A stretch of DNA of 63,452 nt, filler included, from Octopus bimaculoides (lineage: Eukaryota), in assembly GCF_001194135.2 (NCBI RefSeq). It is 4 parts of 3 records of this genome, joined end to end, with 100 filler letters (N's around TTAATTAATTAA, not from the genome) between each part and the next. Parts side by side here need not be neighbours in the genome. Positions count along the whole stretch, not along the records: positions 33,036 to 60,300 come from NC_068981.1; positions 60,401 to 63,452 come from NC_069010.1; 2 more parts are not named here. One strand, 5' to 3'. This document shows positions 54,400 through 63,452 of the stretch, piece after piece. How positions within the stretch are numbered: the first letter of the stretch is position 1; every line of letters begins with the position of its first letter. Made by a program: the position numbers and the translations under genes. A model generated the notes under the pieces. The model had not been told where the DNA came from. It worked only from the letters and a program-made list of their open reading frames with translations, and searched no databases.

Positions 54400-55565
54400 T
54401 GAAATGATATTTGCAGACGCCATGGTGCTACTTTGGTTCATCGGAAGGTGATCTCTAGGCTGCACTGAATGGGTTTACTGCCGAGTGCTGCAGGGCAGGG
54501 ATGAGAATTAGGATTGCAAAGACTGAAAACGTTGGTCCTTTGAAAAAACTTGTCCCAGTCCACTTTGCTTGTTAGTAGAACTTTATTGAGACAAGTGAAA
54601 TTTACATATCTTGGGGTCATATTCACAAGTGATAGAGGACACGGGGCTGAATCGGATGCTAGAGTTTCAGGTGCTGGAAAAGTAATGTGCCAGCTTCAGC
54701 ATTTGATTCATAGAAGAGGAGAGATTGGTAAAAATGCCAAAATCATTATCTTCACCTCAAGCCATGAATCATCATCATCATCATCATCATTGTTTAACGT
54801 CCGCTTTCCATGCTGGCATGGGTTGGATGATTTGACTGAGGACTGGTGAGCCAGAAGGCTGCACCAGGCTTCAGTCTCATCTGGCAAAGTTTCCACAGCT
54901 GGATGCCCTTCCTAATGCCAACCACTCTGAGAGTGTAGTGGGTGTTTTTCCATGCCACCAGCGCGAGGGCTGGTCAGGCGGTTCTGGCAACGTCTATGCT
55001 CAAAAGGTGTTTTTTACGTGCTACCTGCACGGGGCTAGTCCGGCAGCACTGGCAACGACCATGCTCGAACGTTGTTTTTCACGTGCCACTGGTGCATGTG
55101 CCAGTAAGGCGACGCTGGCAAGAAATGAATGTTGGGTAATAACTGAAAGAGTATGATTGTGAATAGAAGCAACCAAAATGGGGGTCCCTTGAAGGATCTC
55201 TGAAGTAATGTTACTTGACAGGGTGCATAGCTGAGAGATCAGGGTGTTTCTCCAGGTTGAACTGCAACTTCTTTGCATTGAAAGATCCCAGATTTAATAA
55301 TATGGACGTGGGATTAGAATGTCACAGGAAAGAATTGCAAAACAAATTCTTCATTCTTCAAGCTGAGTCAACCGGCTGAAAACCTAGGGGTAGAACAAGT
55401 ATGAGATGGTTGGATAAATATGCGTAATTTCAGTTGGCAATGCTTGGGAATCCAGCAGGAAAGTGTAGCAATGGTTGTTTCTGATAGGACCCTATGTGGA
55501 GGAGCCTGAGAACTCTATCCCCAAGTTCCTCCCAAAAATAGTTGGCAGAGAAAATGGATGGATGG
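54400..55565 (+). mobile_element. Decayed RTE-clade LINE (Rex3/Expander-like) 3' half with (GATG)n tail, interrupted by a family-C SINE
   Basis: IFADAMVLL..SEGDL*AALNGFTAECCRAGMRI; KFTYLGVIFTSD...ESDARVSGAGKVM; SHE|CWVITERV; KPRGRTSMRWLD...WQCLGI; ends in GATGGATGGATGGA. ATGAAT is duplicated at 54764-54769 and 55125-55130. Confidence 0.82.
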
Positions 55566-56121
55566 AAATTACAAAATGACTTTTGTGATATTCTGAAATG
55601 CGCTGTTATAGATAGGGAGTTACCTCCCTTGCCTGACATTGTTAACAACGNNNNNNNNNNGGGGGGGGGGGGTATGAATGGTGGTTTCCTGGAATATAGT
55701 GGGAGGAGTCTGCTATGAGGTTCCCTGTGCTACAGACATTAATACATGGCATGCATTGTGTTATCTCATCTTCTAAACACAATATTACCCAGATAGCAGT
55801 CTAGTTGGTCATTTCTTGTTGGCATCAATCTATTCCTACCAGCTAAGAAGATATCGCAGCCTCCATGTGTGTGTGTGTGTGTGTGTGTTTAATGTGTCAT
55901 ACATGTCACCAAGCCATTGGTGTAGGTCTTAAGTGATGATTTATGGTTGTTTATCATTCGATCAAATCAATCCTAAAACCTTTTGCTGTTCCTTCAAGAC
56001 AAGCCCTATTCATTCTTTATGATATTCTTCTATCAATGGAATGGATTATGAAGCTCTCTCTTAATCAGTGCCATTCTTTGAGTCATTTCCTTGTTGATCT
56101 GATGTTTTTTCTTTTTTCCAG

Positions 56122-56258
56122 ACTTAGCAGTATGAGAATTGCCATTATAGGACAAAGTGTTTTTGGTGCTGAGGTCTATAACTTGTTGCGTAAATCTGGC
56201 CATGAAATTGCTGGAGTCTTTACAATCCCTGACGTCAAAGGACGAGAAGATCCACTAG
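56122..56258 (+). CDS. ALDH1L1/ALDH1L2: 10-formyltetrahydrofolate dehydrogenase, hydrolase (formyltransferase-like) domain exon: (r)[45 protein letters not shown]
   Basis: Polypyrimidine tract plus CAG acceptor (ttttttcttttttccag, ending 56121); ATG at 56132; donor TAG|GTAAGT (GT at 56259), phase 1. The translation closely resembles the vertebrate ALDH1L1 N-terminus as I recall it (MKIAVIGQSLFGQEVY...GVFT.PD..G..DPL). Confidence 0.96.
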
Positions 56259-56299
56259 GTAAGTTACATGATAATTATAATAATTCTTTCTACTATGGG

Positions 56300-56605
56300 A
56301 ACAAGTCCTGGAATTTTGAGGGAGGGGGCTAATCAATTACATTGCCCCCAATGCGTGACTGGTGCTTACTTTATCAACCCTGAAAGGATGAAGGACAAAA
56401 ATCAACCTTGGTAAGATTTGAACTCAGAACATGAAATTGGAGAAAATGTTGCTAAATATGTCTTGAGTGCTAACAATTATGCTTCGTCACCACTTTCATA
56501 ATAATAATAATAATCCTTTCTACTGAGGTACAAGGCCTGAAATACAGGGGAGGGGACTAGTTGATTACATTGACCCCAGTGTTTCACTGGTACTTAATTT
56601 ATCAG
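56300..56605 (-). mobile_element. Two family-A SINE remnants in the ALDH1L intron
   Basis: Reverse-complement cores at about 56300-56490 and 56514-56605, separated by (AAT)n. Confidence 0.7.
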
Positions 56606-56644
56606 TTATCAGAGGATGTGCAGATTAGTTACAGTTCAGTTCAG

Positions 56645-56890
56645 TCCATTACCACTGAAGATTTGGGTACGAGATGCATGTCAGCCAAGTTTGTGCCAAA
56701 ACTGCTTTCAGCTGACCAAAAGGACATTCGGATTTCAGTTGCACAAGATCTCTTTGATTGTATCGAGAATGATGAAAACTTTCTGAAAATTTTGCATAGG
56801 CCTCTGAACAGGTATCTCCAAGCTTTTGGCAAAATTTGATGCAGATTCTCGGCTCAACTTTCTCTGTTGTGGTCAATGCAATGATCACAC
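56645..56890. mobile_element. Rearranged mariner transposase remnant (two pieces in opposite orientation)
   Basis: + strand: LGTRCMSAKFVPKLLSADQKDIRISVAQDLFDCIENDENFLK; - strand: EKVEPRICIKFCQKLGDTCSEAYAK. Confidence 0.8.
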
Positions 56891-57460
56891 GCTACATACC
56901 TTCTTTCCAAGCACTGCTGTAAACAGCAGAAGTGAGCTAGAATGTTAAAACTCGGTGCACATGCACAACAGAATTCAAGGCCAATCTGTGTCAAGCAGCT
57001 TCATCCTGTGTACTTCGTTACTATGGCAACAGCCCGGATACTTACTGATTCGACCTCATATATATCATACATACATACATCATCATCATCATCATCATCA
57101 TCATCGTTTAACGTCCGCTTTCCATGCTAGCCTGGGTTGGACAATTTGACTGGGGACTGGCGAACCAGATGGCTACACCAAGCTCCAATCTGATTTGGCA
57201 GAGTTTCTACAGCTGGATGCCATTCCTAACGCCAACCACTCTGAGAGTGTTGTAGGTGCTTTTACGTGCCACCGGCACGAAGGCCAGTCAGGCGGTACTG
57301 GCACAGATGAGTATATACATTGATATGGCAGTGTGGTTAAGAAGTTTGTTTCCCATCCATGAAGTTTTGGGTTCGATTCTGGCTCTTGCAAGCAAAAGTA
57401 AATATTAAAAAAAAAACTCATTTGGCCAAATTTGGACATCAGTTTAACATAATAGGAACG

Positions 57461-57496
<36 letters not shown>

Positions 57497-57510
57497 NNNN
57501 NNNNNNAACG

Positions 57511-57554
<44 letters not shown>

Positions 57555-57611
57555 CATCTCCTCAACTTAGGACCTATGCAAGTTATGACCATCCACACTG
57601 ACAACCACAAA

Positions 57612-57650
<39 letters not shown>

Positions 57651-57849
57651 AATATTGGTTTTCAGAAAGTGGGCAGCTGCACGTATGATAACTGTGGCAG
57701 CATCTGGCAATGCAGGTCTCCCTCAGACGCAAGCATCCACTGCTTGCCCCTGTCTCTCAGTTGCTTTCAAACATCAGTTGCAATTGTATCTGAAATACCC
57801 CTAAAATGACAGCTAAGGGGTTGTAGCAGGTTATTGATTTAGACTGTAA

Positions 57850-58526
57850 AATGAAGATTATCCCACAGTGAATGTAGTAGCATGTGACTTGAAGTAATCA
57901 CATTCCATGGTAACGACAATACCTAAGGACAAAGAAATAATTTGTGAAGGTGTGAAAGGTTTTGCACCTACAAAGTCTACAATTTTAACTAAACAACGAC
58001 AGGGACCCATCCATGAAATGGAGAAATTGGTATTCATATGGATGGAAAATTAAATTTAGAAAAAGACACTCATGAGTCTTCTCACAGTGCAAAGAAAGGC
58101 TAGAAGTCTGTTTCGAACCTTAAAATCATGCTCTGGAGATGATTATGCACGAGATTTTTCAGGCTAGTAATGGCTGGTTTATGCATTAAAAAAAAAAGAT
58201 TTGCTTTGGATAACGTACATGTCACAGGAGAAGCAGGAAGTGTCACAGGAGAAGACGAAGATGGAACCCAAAAATTTGTTGGATAGTTTTGATAAATTAA
58301 TTGAAGAAGGTTATCTACCATAACAAATATTTACAGCACAATAGAATAGGACATTATGTATTTTTCACATTATGTACAATAATTATGGATTAAATATTTG
58401 TGTTTTATATTTTTATAGCCCGTTTGAATGAAAATAATGTTGAAAAATATAAACCTGACATACAACCAGATTGACTTACAACCGGTCAGTTGGAATGGAA
58501 TTCGGTTGTAACTTGAGGAGAAGGTA
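57850..58526 (+). mobile_element. pogo/Tigger-type DNA transposon remnant (CENP-B-like HTH)
   Basis: KSTILTKQRQGPIHEMEKLVFIWME...QRKARSLFRTLK...FQASNGWF...VTGEAGS...GYLP*QIF; a Tigger-like TIR end ...GGTTGTAACTTGAGGAGAAGGTA. Confidence 0.8.
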
Positions 58527-58879
58527 TATGTGTGTGTGTGTGTGTATGTGTGTGTTTATCATTTCCAGTTTTCTGTGAAAGCATCTGGCTCTGATTCACT
58601 TTAAAATTATTTAATTAATAATTTCTCTGTTTTTTTGCGGAGATGTACTTGCATAGCAAGTGACCTGATCTGAGACCGTGTGCTGGAATGAAAACAATTA
58701 CAGCGTGGAAGATGTTTATAAGCCATTTAAAATAACACACAAAAACCGTTAGATTCACTTAAACATTTAAATTTAATTTGTCTATATATTTTCGTCGCTT
58801 TGAGACTGCGACCTGTTCACTGACAAAATTCTCTGCTAATATTCCATTAATCTGGTTTACTTTCTATTTGTTTTTGCAG

Positions 58880-59114
58880 CTATCCAAGCTCACAAGAATG
58901 GTACCCCAGTGTTCAAGTATAAAAGATGGCAAGAGAAAAAGGTTCCAATTCCAGAAGTTGTTGAACAATACAAAAGTCTTAATGTTGAGTTAAATGTTTT
59001 ACCATTTTGCTCACAATTCATTCCAACAGAGGTGATATTCTACCCTAAGCACCAAACGATTGTTTACCATCCTTCCATTCTTCCACACCACCGAGGAGCG
59101 TCTGCAATCAATTG
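58880..59114 (+). CDS. ALDH1L1/ALDH1L2: 10-formyltetrahydrofolate dehydrogenase next exon: (a)[77 protein letters not shown](w)
   Basis: Acceptor tttttgcag| (AG at 58878-58879) and donor TG|GTGAGT (GT at 59115). The 235 nt are phase-compatible with the preceding exon. It carries the formyltransferase [15 protein letters not shown] signature; counting from Met 56132 the His is residue 106, the known catalytic His of ALDH1L1. No further exon was recognised before the window end. Confidence 0.97.
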
Positions 59115-59820
59115 GTGAGTAGTTCACTCTATTTATTTTATATCCTCATCATTTAACATCTGTTTTCTATGCTCATATTGGGTTGGATGGTTTGATATGG
59201 AATTGGCAAGTCAGAGAGCTGCACTGGGCTCTGGTTGTCTGTTTTGGCATGGTTTCTACAGCTGGAGGACCTTCCTAATGCCAACCACTTTACACAGTGT
59301 ACAGGGTGCTTTTTACATGCTACTAGCTCAGGAACTTTATATGTGGTGTCAGCACAAGGGCTTTTTATGTGACACCAGCATGTGTGTAAGGGCATCCAGC
59401 TGTAGAAACTCTGCCAAATCAGATTGGAGCCTGGTGTAGCCACCTGGTTCACCAGTCCTCAGTCAAATTGTCCAACCCATGCTAACATGGAAAGCGGACG
59501 TTAAACGATGATGATGATATATATATAGGCCATGTTAGACTGCTGAAATCTACAAGATTTTTTCCTTCTCTCTCTGCTTATTTTCTCTTATTCCTTTCTG
59601 CTGAAGAGCATAGGCTTGAAACATAAAAGACTTTTCCATTTTTCCTAAGCGTCAAACTAATACACCTGCTTCTTGTTCCTACACCTGTCTTCGTCTTTTG
59701 TTTTCCTATAAGTTTCAATTATANNNNNNNNNNAAGTATGTGAATATATGTATGTATATATGCACATATATAACAAAAGAGGGGGTGGTGTTTCCACGCA
59801 GATTTTCAACAACACATTTT

Positions 59821-59862
<42 letters not shown>

Positions 59863-60089
59863 GTATGTATTGTCATTGCCATCATGATCATTTATATCTA
59901 TTTTCTATGTAGGCATGGGTTAGAAGAATCATCATAGGCCAAATCAGTTCTTAGAGTTCTTTGACATGTCAGAGAACCATTCCTCTCTCATCTCTTCCAT
60001 TTGGGGTAGTTACTATGGTTGGGTGTCCTTGCTAACATCATACAGGGACATAAACACATCAACACCAGTTGTCAAGTGGTAGTGGGGGA

Positions 60090-60143
<54 letters not shown>

Positions 60144-60400
60144 ATTGGCATTTTATCGTGTGTCCGATAAATTATTTGGTTTCTTCTTGACCGCTTCTTC
60201 CCCATTTGTCTGTGTTTATCCGTCTGATGACCAAAGAGGCTGATTCTTGCATGGCAGCATCTATTGCAAAGTTCACACGGGACCCATGGTGGAGGCTTTG
60301 NNNNNNNNNNNNNNNNNNNNNNNNNNNNNNNNNNNNNNNNNNNNTTAATTAATTAANNNNNNNNNNNNNNNNNNNNNNNNNNNNNNNNNNNNNNNNNNNN

Positions 60401-60443
<43 letters not shown>

Positions 60444-61499
60444 CAAGTGACAAACAACTTTGAAGGACGTTTTCTTCATTCTTTGTGCATCTTACGAAAT
60501 CCTAAAGCCCTTCACTCTAACGATTGCACCTAGCAGACTGGAGATCTGCTAACATACACATATATATATTAGTGTCATATTAGGGACACAGCTGACCGTA
60601 ACGGTTCTATATTATATTTAACCAATTAATCACAACATCTGAAGGCCTGTATTTACCACATATACACCCACTAGACCAAATCTTATAGTTTATACATTCA
60701 CACACAAGTATAAACCATTGTATTCAGGACATTGGTGACCCTGAAAGAACTCTTCCTTCTCGTGTTTCATTATATACACAACCACGACTTCCAAAATCTT
60801 GAGATCTTAATCACAACATACACACCCACACATAGATCTCTATATATATATATACACTCAAGACCAAACCTCATAGCCCAAATATATCTCCAGGGCGTCC
60901 CAGAAGGATCAATTCCTTCCCTTACTCACATCAGAGCCTATTCTTTCTTACCAAAAAAACCCCCTAAAATATCTACCAGGCCCCTAAGATCACAAGATAC
61001 ACAGTTCATTTCTCATTCTCCAACCTTATCCCGTCCTTTGGGACCACCAAAACAACAACTTCCCCCCCCGCTTAAAAACACTACCCCTGGTCTGTCTTTT
61101 ACACAGAAATTCTTTATTTGGTTCGTTTCAATAATGGAGTTTTAAAAGAAAATGGTGTTGTTACAAGAATTTAGTGCTGCTAAAACCCTTGCCGAAGGAG
61201 TGCGTGTCCGTAGTCGCAGTGACTGGCTCCAGTTGCCAGACTGCCTGCTCCAAGACTGTCCTAGTCCGGACATTTTAGAAATAGATGCTGGAAGAGGGAA
61301 GAACTATGGACAAGAAAATCGTCACCCGAAATTCTCCGGTTCCAACAAAGACTAACCCTGGGGAAAGGAAATCAGGTGAGTGGAGGATTTGTTTCATTGT
61401 TTGAGAGTGGGACTGGAGTGTGAGTGGGTCTGGAGTGTGAGTGTGTCTGTTTGTTGTGTGTGATTGCGTGTCAATGTATGTAGTTTTGTCTGTATGTGT

Positions 61500-62200
61500 T
61501 TGCTGTGTGTGTGTGTGAATCTAGGTCTGTGTTGCTGTGTGTGTGTGTAGCTGTTTGTATGTGTGAATCTAGCTCTGTGTGTGTGTGTGTAGCTGTTTGT
61601 ATGTGTGAATCTAGCTCTGTGTGTGTGTGTGTGTAGCTGTTTGTATGTGTGAATCTAGCTCTGTGTGTGTGTANNNNNNNNNNNNNNNNNNNNNNNNNNN
61701 NNNNNNNNNNNNNNNNNNNNNNNNNNNNNNNNNNNNNNNNNNNNNNNNNNNNNNNNNNNNNNNNNNNNNNNNNNNNNNNNNNNNNNNNNNNNNNNNNNNN
61801 NNNNNNNNNNNNNNNNNNNNNNNNNNNNNNNNNNNNNNNNNNNNNNNNNNNNNNNNNNNNNNNNNNNNNNNNNNNNNNNNNNNNNNNNNNNNNNNNGCTG
61901 TTTGTATGTGTGAATCTAGCTCTGTGTGTGTGTGTGTGTAGCTGTTTGTATGTGTGAATCTAGCTCTGTGTGTGTGTGTGTGTAGCTGTTTGTATGTGTG
62001 AATCTAGCTCTGTGTGTGTGTAGCTGTTTGTATGTGTGAATCTAGCTCTGTGTGTGTAGCTGTTTGTATGTGTGAATCTAGGTCTGTGTGTGTGTGTGTG
62101 TGTAGCTGTTTGTATGTGTGAATCTAGCTCTGTGTGTCTGTGTTGCTGTGTGTGTGTATGTAGCTGTTTGTATGTGTGAATCTAGGTCTGTGTTGCTGTG
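61500..62200 (+). repeat. Minisatellite: GCTGTTTGTATGTGTGAATCTAG(C/G)TCT + (GT)n + TA, variable unit length
   Basis: At least 10 visible units either side of the 61674-61896 gap. Confidence 0.93.
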
Positions 62201-62811
62201 TGTGTGTGTGTAGTTGTATGAATGTGTGCGGGGGAGTTTTTTCTTGTCTGTGTTTGTTGTTTGTATTGTATGTACCTGTGTCTGTGTGTGGCTCTGTGTA
62301 CGTATGAATCTAGGTCTGTGTATGTTTGTGTGAGTGTATGAGTGTCTCTGTGTGTGTGGTGTCTTGTTTTTGTTTGTGAATATGTTGTTTGTATGTATGT
62401 GTGTGTGTGTGTGTGTATGATTGCGTATGTATGACTGTTTGTGGATCTGTGATCGTGTGTGACTGGCTGTGTGTATGTGTGAGTCTGTCTATATGTGTAT
62501 GCGTGGGTCTGTCTATATGTGTATGCGTGGGTCTGTTTATATGTGTATGCGTGGGTCTGTTTATATGTGTTAGTATGTGTTTTTTTCTGTATATGTGAAT
62601 GTTGTGTATGTATGTATGTGGGTGTTTGTGAGTGTTTATGTAACTATGTTTATCTGTGTGTGTGTGTGTGTGTATAAGAGTGAAATTATTAGTGTGTGAG
62701 ATTGTGTGTGAGATAGAGTTTTTGTTAACCTCTCCCAGCAAAATAATAATAAAAATATTAAACAGACGATATCAGAGGCGTTCCATCTTCATGTGTCTGA
62801 AGGCTTACCAT

Positions 62812-62845
<34 letters not shown>

Positions 62846-63328
62846 TCTTCTACACTTGTCCAATATAACTTAGTGTTGCTATTTCTAGCACGCCGAGTTA
62901 CCACGAAGACGCCGTTTAGTTACGATCGACTACCTTCCAGATATATACTGACTTCATGACCAAAGGCAATCCAACCGTGACCTCCTCGTCCTTTTAAAAA
63001 GATGTCTACATTATTCCAGGTGTCCCCACTCCAGTGCCCTGTATTTTTTTTACAGGACAATATTTTGTAGTGTTTTCGGCAGATTTAGCTGCTATTTCTA
63101 GCGGCCCAAGTCTCCACTTAGATGCTCCATATTTGGTTTGGCTGTTGTTTCATCCTAAGCCGTGTCCCACACGTATATAGATTTGTATGTGTGTAATTAT
63201 ATATACGTCTCTGTGTGTGTATAAAGGACAAATGTGTCTTTTATTTAAAAGATTTGGCTATTGTTTCTAGCAGTTTGAGCGATCGTGTCAAGGCATCTTC
63301 CTTGGCATTATATGCATATCGTTCGTGC

Positions 63329-63366
<38 letters not shown>

Positions 63367-63399
63367 CCAGTGATTATATATATATGTCATGTGAAAATA

Positions 63400-63452
<53 letters not shown>

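Noticed and set aside
55943-56121. N-terminal extension of the ORF-track 129-aa ORF upstream of the ALDH1L exon
   Set aside because: It reads through the polypyrimidine tract (MFFLFS) and is intronic; likewise 56259-56332 lies past the donor.

Overview
AT-rich, microsatellite- and SINE-dense eukaryotic genomic DNA from a gapped draft assembly. The SINE families and repeat landscape look like an octopus (cephalopod) genome; this is inference. One gene is firmly identifiable: the 5' part of a 10-formyltetrahydrofolate dehydrogenase (ALDH1L1/ALDH1L2 family) on the + strand, with hydrolase-domain exons at 56122-56258 and 58880-59114. I also found a probable first exon about 12 kb upstream (44161-44228) that is not in the ORF track. 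It splices in frame to add a 26-aa Arg/Leu/Ser-rich mitochondrial presequence in front of a retained, better-context internal Met. This suggests one gene making both mitochondrial and cytosolic enzyme. A possible divergent first exon lies on the - strand at about 42267-42518. The rest is mostly transposon debris: at least four SINE families, RLE-type (R4/Dong-like), RTE and Tx1/L1 LINE fragments, Penelope-like, mariner and pogo/Tigger fragments, MITEs and long foldback palindromes, and simple repeats. Nearly all ORFs in the supplied track are artefacts of microsatellites or N gaps.
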